A stretch of 64,000 nucleotides of DNA from Antedon mediterranea (Eukaryota; Animalia; Echinodermata). The stretch is from assembly GCF_964355755.1 (NCBI RefSeq), contig NC_092672.1:31812437-31876436 (forward strand). The letters run 5' to 3'. Of this stretch, positions 13,017-25,200 are shown piece by piece; the stretch's first letter is position 1, and each line of letters starts with the position of its first letter. The translations under genes and the position numbers were made by a program. The notes under the pieces are model-generated. The model saw only the letters and a list, made by a program, of their open reading frames with translations. It made no database searches and had not been told where the DNA came from.

Positions 13017-13600
13017 GTTCGACAGACAAATATGATATCAACGACCAGGTTAACAGAATGGCATAAGTTGGTTGTTTTTTTCAATATTTGTGAACAAAAT
13101 CATAGCTGTCTCGCCCGAAATGTCAACGTTCAGCCAGCTAGCTGCTAACTAACGTCGAATTCAATTTTACGGCATATCGCGTCGCATCTGTTGTAGATGC
13201 GTTTCATAAGTATATTATAAGAAAATGTAGAATTCCAAATCAGTTAAACGTTAGAAGAGTAAACAATAAGTATAGTTGTATTATATAACACTTTGAAAAT
13301 TACAAAAGAAATACTTACCTTACGCCAAAAAAAAAACAAGGTTAGATAGTTTTCAATAGGGCGTGTGAAGAAATCCGTTATAAACGTTTTGTCGTGTCGA
13401 TGTGACGATTTACAATACATTATCATTGCATCGCAGCTAAAAAAAATCCACATCACACAACGTATACACACACGTCGTACATCAGGAGTTGTCGTCGTGG
13501 GACGTATAAAACCTCTGTTTTTTTGTGTTTTTTGAACACGGATCTCTGTAAATTATTAGCTCTACAAAAATAAAATAAAAACATTCAGAATGTAATGCGA
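13017..13600. promoter_or_regulatory. Probable bidirectional promoter and first-exon region of UBE2J2 and B3GALT6
   Basis: Lies between divergent genes and is locally CpG-richer. Minus-strand donors are at 13016 (GTAGGT) and 13318 (GTAAGT), and a plus-strand acceptor TTTTCAG ends at 13916 upstream of the B3GALT6 ATG. Confidence 0.5.
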
Positions 13601-14010
13601 CTTGGTATGCATTCCGTCGTCTTTAAATTATTGGCTGCAAATGCCGTGCGTATGCTAGGCTAATGATATTTACAGTTGGGTGTCCGATTTCGCGATACAG
13701 AAACGAATGCTGGCATTCCTGAGTCGTTTCGTTCCGAAAGAACACATTTAAAAAACCTAAACCCTATCAATTTAAATTGTTATTCATTGTAACTTCAGTT
13801 TTTTTCTTTTTTTTAACAGTTGATGCAAGTAATTTTGCCACAAGATGATCATCATAATAATATAATATTAATTAATTATTTTTAAAAATACTTGGTTTAT
13901 AAACTTTTATTTTCAGGAGTACGGAGCTTGGTCACAAAATTTGAATTTCTGCTGAAAGAATGAAACCAAACATTGATGTACAGTGACGACAGTACACACT
14001 CGCACTAAAG

Positions 14011-15012
14011 ATGAGGAGAAGACAAAAACCCTTTTGGCAAGGCACCTCCAAGAGCCAACGGAAATGGCAACTAATTCTGTTAGCCCCACCAATCATAACA
14101 TTCGTTGTGTTAATGTTGTACATCAATAATAACTCATTTAACGCCACCGACTGCAGTTGTTCAGAATCACTTAAAATAAAAGAAAATAACATTAAAAAAC
14201 TAAGTGCATTTCTTGTGGTGCTTATAATGACAGGACCAAATTTTGTTGAGAACCGACAGGTTATAAGAGAAACGTGGTTGAGTATTTCTTCGGACGATGT
14301 TCTCCCGCGATTCGTGATTGGAACTGCAAACCTACCAGATGATCAAGTTATGGAATTAACTGCTGAAAATGAACAATATCACGATTTGTTGCTTTTAAAA
14401 AATCATGAAGATTCTTATAATTCGCTAACGTACAAACTTATAAAAATGTACGAATGGTTAGACAAAAATGTTGAATATTCATATGTTTTAAAAGCAGATG
14501 ATGATACATTTGTTCAATTAAATTTACTCGTGGATGAGCTAAAAAACAAACAACGAGAACAGCTGTACTGGGGTTACTTCGACGGGCGCGCGCACGTACA
14601 TAAAGCTGGAAAGTATGCCGAAAAAGATTTTAAACTCTGCGATCGTTATCTACCGTATGCGCTTGGAGGCGGTTACATACTATCAAAAGATATTGTTAGT
14701 TTTGTTGCGCAGAATTCAAAGCAATTAAATGTTTATAATGCGGAAGATGTTTCGCTTGGTTCGTGGGTCGCGGCCATAAAAGTGAACAGAATCCATGATG
14801 TTAGGTTCGACACCGAATATAAAACACGGGGTTGTAATAATCAATATCTCATCACGCATAAACAAAGTCAAGATGATATGCGAAATAAACATTTTAATCT
14901 TTTAACGACGGGAAAATTGTGTGAAACTGAAGTGCAAACAAGATTATCCTATGTTTATGATTGGGACGTTTTACCTTCGTTGTGTTGTAAAAAGGCAGAA
15001 GGAACGCCATAA
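14011..15012 (+). CDS. B3GALT6: Beta-1,3-galactosyltransferase 6 (GAG linker GalT-II, GT31), 333 aa, single coding exon
   Basis: Type II N-terminal TM, then R.VIRETW, LKADDDTFV (DxD), LYWGYFDGRA, CDRYLPYALGGGY.LS, EDVSLGSW, HD.RFDTEYKTRGC.N.YL.THKQS and LSYVYDW..LPS.CC, which are characteristic of B3GALT6. Confidence 0.95.
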   Translation: MRRRQKPFWQGTSKSQRKWQLILLAPPIITFVVLMLYINNNSFNATDCSCSESLKIKENNIKKLSAFLVVLIMTGPNFVENRQVIRETWLSISSDDVLPRFVIGTANLPDDQVMELTAENEQYHDLLLLKNHEDSYNSLTYKLIKMYEWLDKNVEYSYVLKADDDTFVQLNLLVDELKNKQREQLYWGYFDGRAHVHKAGKYAEKDFKLCDRYLPYALGGGYILSKDIVSFVAQNSKQLNVYNAEDVSLGSWVAAIKVNRIHDVRFDTEYKTRGCNNQYLITHKQSQDDMRNKHFNLLTTGKLCETEVQTRLSYVYDWDVLPSLCCKKAEGTP

Positions 15013-15023
15013 ACTGTTTATAA

Positions 15024-15164
15024 AGCTCTGTCTACCCTATCAAACTTTATGTGACAAAAAAATGTGATGTGCCCACATATGGACATGATGATGTCATATC
15101 ACTACCATATTTGGGCACATCACACTTTTTTTTGTCAAACTAGTTTGATAGTTTAGACAGAGCT
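15024..15164. mobile_element. Harbinger/Tourist-like MITE family 1 (reference copy) in the B3GALT6 3'UTR
   Basis: TAA|AGCTCTGTCTAC.CTATCAAACT ... AGTTTGATAGT.TAGACAGAGCT|TAA with a 3-bp TWA TSD. About 15 full or partial copies occur in the window, including partial or modified ones near 5030, 5841, 34404, 43861 and 46471. Confidence 0.85.
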
Positions 15165-15395
15165 TAATAAAAGGCCAGTTCAAACTTAAGTTATGTACCT
15201 AGGTAAGCTGGTTTCATAGGTCAATTATCGCTAACTTTAGTGGTTGGGTCACCAGATTACTCAGGTAACAAACTAAGTCTAAACAAGCCCTATGTTTTCC
15301 CTTTTTATTTAAATGGTGCTATGCTTTGGTATTCTATTTTTTTTAAGGTTATTTATATTTGGGATAAGAAAGTTTTTTATAAAATCAAAGTTATG

Positions 15396-15632
15396 TTGTG
15401 TGCTAGCTATCTAAAATATATTTTAATGTGCATTTTAATATGGGATGGGAGTATGTAATCATTTTCAACTTATAAATTTTATTGTAATGTACTGTTTTTA
15501 TATCTATATTTCTGTAGCCTGTCTATCCTCGTGTGTGCTAGCTATCTAAAATATACTTTAATGTGCATTTTAATTTGGGATGGGAGTATGTAACCATTTT
15601 CAACTTATAAATTTTATTGTTGTAAAATGTAT
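15396..15632. repeat. Tandem duplication (~134 bp period) in the B3GALT6 3' region
   Basis: GTGTGCTAGCTATCTAAAATATA...GGGATGGGAGTATGTAA...CAACTTATAAATTTTATTGT is repeated. Confidence 0.75.
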
Positions 15633-16649
15633 TGTTTTTTTATATTATATTTCTGTATCATCCTCTCCACTTTCCCACCAAAAATAACATTTTCCAAGTT
15701 CAAGAGAGAGGAATGGACGTTACAAATAAATTAAATCATAGCTTTTTATTTAAAAAACAGATTAAAATACATGTTTTTCCAAATCTAATAAATCAAGCAA
15801 TAAAAGTATTTGTAATCTGTTTGAAATAACAATTGAATTATAGTTTTGCAATACAATTCACATTTAGAACAATACAATATAACTGTATTATTATTACTAC
15901 AAACAACTGGTGTTTCTCATGGAGATATTTAAAATAAATTCAAGCATTGTGATTAAAATGTTTGCCTTCTCCCTCAGCCCAATAAAATCAAGTGTTACAA
16001 TTCTGAACAGATTATTAAAAAATCTTTTTAAAATTACAATGAATTTTTTTTAGTATTGCATAATTTATAATCACTATTTAAACAGAAAACAGTAGTATTA
16101 ATATTTTACAACTGTTTTTTATCAGTTATTTATAGTTTTTTAAATATTAAAATACAGACATTTATAATTTGCCAACATCAAAGGCACAATGAACAAATTC
16201 ACCAAATAAAAAAAGGGGAATTAACCAAATTAAAAAAGGGGGATTTAAAAATGTTTTTATTTAAAGATTGGGGAAAATAAAGAGGTAAAGATTGATTCTA
16301 TGCACTTGTTTAAAGTATCAGTAACATCAAGTATTGTCTAGTTCTGTAGGAAATGGTGACTTTTTTTACTATAGTCAATGGATAAGCTACTGTACACAAC
16401 TTTAACCAGGCATAATGGTTCCTCTTCATATCTTGGTTATCTTATTTATTTTATGGATCATTTTTGTGTGTAAAGTGCGTATAAACATTTTATTAGGTGC
16501 TATATAAGACTACCATTATTAATCAAATAGGGAGCTTTTAATTGTGATGACCTATGACCTGCACATATTGTGTCATTGGTTGTAACCTGGACCTAGAGAA
16601 GAATCCTGGGGAGTTTACAATGAATTGACATGACTTAACTAATTCCTAA

Positions 16650-16810
16650 AGCTCTGTCTACACTATCAAACTATATGTGAAAAAAATATGTGATGTGCCC
16701 ATATACGTATGGGTATGATGATGTCATATCACTGTGTTTGGGCATATCACTACCATATTTGGGCACATCACACTTTTTTGTCAAACTAGTTTGATAGTGT
16801 AGACAGAGCT
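16650..16810. mobile_element. MITE family 1 copy
   Basis: Both TIRs intact, with TAA/TTA flanks. Confidence 0.8.
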
Positions 16811-16925
16811 TTAGTTATCGCAAATCAAAATATCCCTGTTTTCCTGCATAGCAATTAGGCCCCAACATTCACCATAGTCCATGCAAATTATGATGTCAAC
16901 CTTGGGTATAAGCCCACCGTCAGTC

Positions 16926-17150
16926 CAAGGCAATCTAACAACAGGACACAGAGCTCGCCTTGCCAAGATAGAGATTCTTAATATAGTCTTTTGATCTTAT
17001 GTCTGGCTGCGACATATATCAACAGTACTGTACTATGTTCATATTCTTCGTGTCGCATGGTTCCTGTTAAGGGATGTGGAACTGATGATGTCACAGCCAC
17101 AGATGAACTTTTTTGATCTCTATAGCTTAGCATCCTGTTAGATTACCTTG
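16926..17150. mobile_element. P-element-like MITE with 7-bp TSD
   Basis: TIR CAAGGCAATCTAACA / TGTTAGATTACCTTG with an exact direct repeat GTCAGTC on both flanks. A second, inverted copy lies at 60524-60719. Confidence 0.7.
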
Positions 17151-18025
17151 GTCAGTCTAAGCCCACCGTTGGTATAAGCCCACCTCCACACCTGTAGGAA
17201 CATGAAACACAAAATAAACTTTAGATAGGTAATTGAAATTCTACTTTATTATAAATGGTAAGAAAGAATACAGTAACAGTGTCTACAACTCAATATGATA
17301 CAGTGTTTAATTTACTCAAATCAAAAACTGTATCTGGATCTGGAGTTTTATCATGTTTGATCACAATATTTTTAATATGGAAAAACAAAATGGCAGTTTC
17401 AAATTATATTGTTTATTTGAGGGAATTTCCCACAATAAAAATGATATAATTTATTATTGGAGAATTGTTTTTAAAAAAGACACTAAATTAAAATGATATC
17501 TTTCAATAGCAAAATAAATCTGAGACACTATCATTACAGTAGTGGCCAAATTGGTAAAAAAAATTCAAATGAGATGACATTTGAACTTTGACCCAGAGGT
17601 CAACATATTAATACATACTAAAATAACCCAGAGCGCAGCACCAGGTTTTCTTATAATTTTATAATTTCTATTATTTTGAAATATTTACAGAATCTTTATT
17701 CCAGAAATTATGACTTAAAATAAAAAAAATATTTATCTTTGGAACATTTCAGCTTTAAAATTTGTTGCTTTATAAATTGTTTTTTTATTATTATTAATAA
17801 TGAGGACGTCATAATATAATAAGTGACGTCCCCTGATTGTATTGTTTCGCAAAACACCGCCAATGGTTGTATTTTGAGATTTGCATTGTGGGATACTTAA
17901 CAATAAGAGCAAAAGGTACTACTGTACCAATAGAGAAAGCATGGACCTATCTAATTTATAGGTCCATGGAGAAGAACCTCTTAATTACATACCACTCTCT
18001 ATTTAACATTACACTATTTCTGGTA

Positions 18026-18216
18026 AAGACGAATTTACACAGATCAGCGGTAACGGTAAGCGGAAAACAAAAGAGAATCTATATTAAATTGTTATTTCTT
18101 ACACAAAACATCAAGTGGATTGAGCTGAAACCTGCTCAGGATAGCCATAGATAATACGCGGGACAACCTACACGCTTGTCTGCTTACCGTTGCCGCTCGT
18201 CTGTGTAAATTAGCCT
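18026..18216. mobile_element. Harbinger-like MITE
   Basis: Inverted ends AATTTACACAGATCAGCGGTAACGGTAAGC ... GCTTACCGTTGCCGCTCGTCTGTGTAAATT. Confidence 0.55.
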
Positions 18217-19220
18217 GAACAGTATGGTATATTATAAGTTCACAATATGGATAATATGACGCCAAATGAAACAAAGCACCAGATCATTACTATCACCTAA
18301 ACTTATTTGAGCCATTTTAGAATTCAATCATACAGTAGACAAGGGAAAAGCATTCAATTGTAATATTAATTTTGATAGCCATTTGCATTGTTACATGCAA
18401 TATGTAAATAAAACACCAACAAAGATCTGAAAATATTAACTTAAAAGTACTGATAATTAATTAAAAATATCCAACTTAATATTTTGGTGTAACAAAATAA
18501 AATTTATCGAACCCATTTTTAAAATTATGCAGTCGACTCATTTGCAGTTATTTTGATTAATTTCATTTTTGATTGATAATTGTATAATTAAAAGTACTGA
18601 TATTTAAAAATAAACACACAATTTAATACAATTATTAATGGCACCAAAATATATTGTTTAATCTGGAAATTAGTGGCTTGCATCTTCATTTTAATATTAT
18701 TTTCTAAACATAAAATAAACATAATTTTGTAGGGAAAGAAAATTGTTTTCATTTTATTTGGCAGTGTATTTTCAAAATGCTTTTTAAGAACCAAAAACAC
18801 CCGTTTTATTTGGTGATGGAGTAAACAAAAAACAAACAATCAAATGGACATGGCTATGTAGATGGTCATGTGATTGTGAAAGAACATACAAAACATTCGG
18901 CAACCCAGCAAGTCGGTCAAAGGTCAGTAAGGTTAGACATTTCAGACCTAACCTCGATCGAAATATCAGCATTTATTTCAGAATACCAAAATGGACGAAG
19001 TTCGGCGCTACAACATAACAATCAACATAATGGAATGACCAGAAACAATAATCGCTGCCGCATGTCCGACAAAGCAAACGTTGCCATGAACAATTGAAAA
19101 CTTGTTTCATCTTTCTTCCCATACAGTTAACCGACCCTGCCCTTGATATGTATACCATATATATAGTGGTTCTTTTAACAAATCTTAACTACAATTTGGG
19201 TGGTAAATACTTTATATTAT

Positions 19221-22200
19221 TCATATTCTTGAAGTACTCGCAGCCTTTATGTCTTCTGTTTCTTCTTGTCCCTGTGACGCCTTAGTGAACATCAGAATCG
19301 GCCTTCGGAAACCTGATGGCAAAAAGAAATGGAGAAAGTTAAGTATAAAATCTCAATAAAGTGAACAAATGAAAGCAAGTGAAATGAAAATGAAGTAAAG
19401 GCTGTACAGTAGAGCTCTATTGAATGGGATACATCCAGGATCCAACAAATTGTCCAATTATTAGATGTGCCCCTTAAAGAGTGATTGGCTGTAGTGTTAA
19501 AACACTGTTTATTCTGGTTGATTTTTCACTGGAAAATGTTGACTTAACAAAAAATGTGTCCCTGAGTAGAGGTATCCCAAAGGAGTCTACTGTTAAAAAA
19601 AAAATTGAATTCTATAAATCTGTTCATTCACATGAAAGTAGCTGCTGCAAAAACAAGGATAACTTTGGATTCTGATTGGTTGGAATATTATACCAGACCT
19701 CTAAAAAAAGGGCATTTTCTCTTTCAGTTTTGGATATACAATACAGTAATTACAAATTTAGGCTAGCCCCTTAATTTGGATAACCAAAGGTAAAAAATAC
19801 ATCGACAAAATATGATTTACAATAGGTTAGAAGCTGATGCATTAGATTTTTTTAAATAGTTTCCATTTATACAGCGCACTCTATAGTTTAGCCATGCTTT
19901 TTCATAAAGTTAATTACAAGTTAAGACACCTCAAAATACAGTAAATACAATTTTTCTATTATCCCAAATTCAGAAAACCAGAATTTCTTTTAACCAGAGT
20001 GTCAGGTTTTGTGATTGCACCAAAGAGGGGCTGTTGGACACATACCTTAAAAATGGTAAACACATTACCATTTACAGGGTCATCGGCTCAAATCTCTCAA
20101 TACATGATATTAAAAGATCAGCAGTACCAACGAGTCAATAATAAGTAGCAACAGAGAGCTTTCATTTGCAATGACTCAAGAACAAGTTAGGCATGGTCAT
20201 TTATTGTCTGCATGCTGCAAAGTTGGGACGTTCTCCCTAAAGCTCTGTCTACACTATGAAACTTTATGTATGGACATCACTACCACATTTGGATATATTA
20301 TTACCATATTTGGATATATTATTACCATATTTGGATATATCACTACCATATTTGGGTATATCACACTTTTTTTTTGATAGTGTTGATATAGCTTTACTCT
20401 ATTCCTTGACACATTTTTGGCACTCTGCAATGACCGGCAAGATATTAATGCGTAAGCCCTAGATTAATACAAATCAAAACCTTCCTATATAATGCACTTG
20501 TCAATTGTATGACACTATACGACCCCCGGGAGAGGTGCTTTATGGGCGTGTCATTGACACAGGGGTGCGTCAAAAAACCTAAGTGGTACGTCGTTACCTC
20601 AATGGTGAGTAAATGTCTGTCACTTTACCACAAAAGGACAGTCATGGTGCGTCCTTGTTCTCTAAAATGTCCTTTACTAATTTTAATCTGGGTGCAACAT
20701 TTTCACTCAATTTTGTGATGCAAGGGCATGTCATGACATACATAAAATATGACGCACACCAGATACCTATCCCTGGGGATGTGTGGTGGGTCATACAATT
20801 GACAAGTGCATATTTGTTACACAGTATTGCTTCCCGAGTGCTCAGTTATATTAAAAAATACCTTTAGATGGGTTGAGAGGAGTGCCTAGGCATTCACATT
20901 TGATGAACCCAACGTCTCTTAACAGATAGTCTTTGAAATGTTCGGGGCGCAGTTGAAGCTGGTAAAAATTCTTGTATGTCGTTTCCTGAATATAAAACAA
21001 AACAATCATCAAATGTAAATATTTACAGAAGGAAATGACAACAAATATTAAAGAATATTGCATTTCATACAGAAAGTATAATAGAAAGAATTGATTTATT
21101 ATTCTTTAATAATTATTTATAAATCTTTCCATTTTGATAACAGCCCCCCCCCCCCCCCCCCACCCACCTTCTACATTGTGTACCATTTCTAAAATCCGCC
21201 AAGTTTTGGAAGAGATCAGGGTAAGGGTTATGTACGTACAATAAACAATGTACTGTAGTTCGTTCGCTCCTGCTTATATTTCGTTTATATTGTTGTATCA
21301 GCTTTTGAAGGGTGTATGTATTAGCCCCTCCTATGGTTTGGGAAGGGCCTCTTACTAATCTATTTTCATTAATTGAAACAAAATATATAAATTGATAGTC
21401 AAGTTTAGCAGGATGTAAAGGCTTAGTCTCAAGTTAGATAGCAACGAAAACAAAGAAATAAACATGAAGCATCCTATCAGAAATAAATTGGTCATTTCCT
21501 CTGAATGGATTAAAAAAAATATATATATTATGACATAACAAGAAAAAAATGTTAGAAATATCTATTATAATTGGAACAGAATATATCAAGTTTTTTTTTT
21601 GAAATATAAATTAAAAAAGTTTTCCCGAACCAATATCCATACAAGAAACATCGCACTTAAGCTCTGTCTTATAATTTTTAAACAGTGCATTAATACAGTA
21701 GGATTTTTCATTATGTCAATGCTCTGAGAATCAGATTTTTTATGTCAGACTTTACTTATTAAATTTTGAATATAAATGTAGCAGAAATTGAACATTTTAA
21801 TGTACTACTATACAATGATAACCTTATCAAAGAGTTGCAAAGATAGAATATGAAAAAAAAATAAACCAAAAAAATCTGTGTTTCAAATGTAAATGCAATT
21901 TTTAAGTAAACTAATTTATGGAAATAGCAAAAATTAGATGCTGTCAAAAATGCCTAGTTTCGTTTGATAATGAACAAAAATATCCACCAGTACCAGCAAT
22001 ATTCTATTTAAAATGTACATTTTATAAAGTTAAATTAAATTTCCACCTCCTCACTAACAAAATTATTTCTAAAAAAATTCAAAATCAAATGACCAGTCCG
22101 TCGCTATTTTTAGAATACCCAAATGCAGAGTTGAAAGATATAGAAAAAGTGCAATACCATACCTTATCTCGCTTCTAAATGAATAATCAGTATATATCAC

Positions 22201-25200
22201 CCTGTACAGCTTTGCGATTCTTATTGATGCTTTTAGGTGTTTTTTTTTTTTCAATTTTAATATTTTAAGCTAAACTTTTTGAATGTTCCTGTATTGTATT
22301 TCTTGTGTAAATTGCCTCCTTTTTTTATATAATTATCATTGTTTTTATACTTTTATACAAATTTTAATATTGAACAAATGTAAATATCTTTGTAATTCAG
22401 CTAAGGCTGCGATAATGATATTGAAATAAATGAAATGAAAAAAAAAAAAAAAAAAAAAAAAGAAGCAAAACTTTAGTATTTGACCTTTGGTTGTACAATT
22501 ATAGGTTGTCTATGGCAGTTGTACAGTTACAAGAAAGAACAATACATCTTCAAGGATATATCTGTCTATTGTATCATCATCACTGATGATCTAAAATAGC
22601 CTGAAGACAGGAAATGCTGCGTAATACGGTTGAACGCTATTACCATAATGAAAACTGGAAATGAACTCTTTTGGATAAATTTACTAGGGGCAAGAAAGTT
22701 GAAGAATTGAATTTCAGTCACATGATTCCTGAATGCCATTAGAAAAGTTTTAGCATATTTTATTAATACAGTGCTCCCTGTACATTGGCGATTGCATGTT
22801 GTTTTCAGGTTGTTTACCCACAAAAATCATTTGGATAAAGGTTTTATCAAACTCAGTTCAACATGCCTAAAGGAGCCTACTACAAGGTCATAATTAACGT
22901 ATTGTTTAAAAACAAAACCAATCTCCTAAATTATTTCTTGCACCATCAGAATAATAAGGGAGATGTGAAAATCTCTCTATTATAATATTTTCCTGCATCA
23001 TCCTTGCAATAACCATGGAGTAAACTCCATGCAATAATAATTGTTTAAATTAATGTACATTCAAATCCCATATTTGCAATTCTGTAACTTTGTTATACAA
23101 CCCCTTCTTTGGAACATCTCAATTAGGGTATATCTCTATTCAAGGAACATCCCTATTACGGGAACATTTTTTGGAAAAGCATGAAGGGAAAAATAAGTTT
23201 TAACACTGTGGCCAACCCATATTCAAGGACACCCTATTAAGGGGACACTGCCCATGAAACAAACAAATATTTTTATGGGACACTTTGTTGGATCCTGTAA
23301 TTATATTGGATCTATCCTTTTTTATCTTTTCAACTTGTATCAAATAAATTTAACAACCTTGAGTGGATGGAAATACAATTGCCTTTCTTCAAGATGATAA
23401 AATTGATTGAAGTTGGCCTGGAATAAAACATTCCCAGTTCATGCCCATCAGAATGATTGTTATTTATGGATGTATTCAATTTGTTATGCAGATAGGTTAC
23501 TTCGGTCTACATTGGATACGAAATTGAACATTAATGTCAAGTGATTGATTGTATCCGTACTATGTGCAAGAAACTCTTAGATAATGTAAACCGTATTACT
23601 CATCTAGGTCTGGGGAGAGGACTGCCTTGTTATTGCTGAACCATATTTACTCAGTGGTCCCTTTACAGTGTTTTATTTCGGAGGGATATGCAACGTCTGC
23701 ATTGACTTATTTCCTGTCTAATTTACCCAATTTCAGAGGGGGTAGCTTGCTCAATTGAGTTAAGCCTTGTCTACACTATCAAACTTTATGCAACATAAAA
23801 ATGTGATGTGCCCATATATGGTCCTAATGATGTTATATCACTACCATATTTGTGCACATCACACTTTTTTGTCAAACTAGTTTGATAGTGTAGACAGAGC
23901 TTTACACTGAATGTATTTTGCTTTAGTTGTATACAGATACATCAATCATAAGATCCTGTCTACTACAGTAAAGTTAACCCATAATGCATTGCCTTCATTC
24001 CCTAATCTCCCAATCCATTACATTTGCTCTTACCCAGCATTATTCATTTGTATGTTGTGGTGTTGATGTTATACTGGTTGAGTAAATAAACGAAACGAAC
24101 ACAAAACAAATAGACTGCTGGTAGCCAGGGCTCATGCAGAATGATCAAAAGTACACATTAGGCTGTTGACCACACTGTTCCCTTATGGCTACACATTAGG
24201 CTGTTGACCACACTGTTCCCTTATGGCTAAAATCATCGGCAACTGCTTCAGACAAGCAGCATAATATTGTTATTATGTGAAAGTGTAAATTGATGCATGA
24301 CTCTATGCAAGTTTTATCTGGAGCAAAGTTATTAGGGAAAAGTGTGAGTTTTTAGATTGACATACAATGCTGAACAAAATTACTAAAAATAACAATACAC
24401 AGTAAACATAATACAACCACTAGCTAAAAATTGTACAAGATAGAGCTACTACCGATATAGATTTATAGACCAATTATGGCTACATTTAGTACTGGTCGGG
24501 AGCACAGTAAAAATGTGGGAGAGCAAAGTTGTGCCCATTCAATTTGTGCAAATTGCAATTCATAAAGGAGGGTCTTCTTGCAGTGGTTACGTCACTTTTC
24601 GATTACCGTATATCCTCTGGTATAATCCCACCACCTAAAACACAAAATTAGGCCGACTGGGGGGTTAGACTATACCCAGGGAAAGTCTGGTTCAGGGAAA
24701 ACAAAGATTGGTAAGCATTTCTGTAAAAACTCATCTGAACTGGCTAGAGAGAAGCTTACATCGGGATCATAAGTCAATTCTGGAACTAATACCCGGGCAA
24801 TGCCTGTTTGTGAAATCAGACATAAAGTAGGGATTTACAACCGAAGTGGGATTATAACCGAGGATATACAGTACTTTGTATTGTTTTTTATTTTTCTGTA
24901 ATTTTTGTTAAAATTAAATAAATCAGATTAGCAGCTCCCAGGAGGAACCAGGTGAGAAACGGATCATCCAATTTAACTAGCTTCTTGTAAAAAATTAAGT
25001 TAGGCCTAGAAAAGATTAATAAAATAAATTATGCACTTGGCAAGCCAAATTGTTACCTCCTTTGTTTACTAACGTCTTAATTATGAAAGGCATGAGTAAT
25101 TGTACAGGAAAGCAATCAGGATAACTCGTGGAATGTTTTGTACGCAAGAAACTGAAATTTGAGAAGGTCCCTGTGCTTGATCAGGAAGTCAACAATCATC

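Noticed and set aside
17002-17015. 14-nt match TCTGGCTGCGACAT to the remembered human 7SK 5' region, downstream of MEPCE; considered as a 7SK gene or antisense site
   Set aside because: It lies inside a dispersed MITE whose second copy differs there. There is no flanking 7SK similarity or Pol III context, and a 14-mer hit to a ~330-nt query in 64 kb is not improbable.
17158-17195. Apparent alternative MEPCE terminal exon (CCTACAG|GTGTGGAGGTGGGCTTATACC)
   Set aside because: GTGGGCTTATACC is the subterminal motif of Tigger-like MITEs (compare 24606-24871), and the peptide has no MEPCE similarity.
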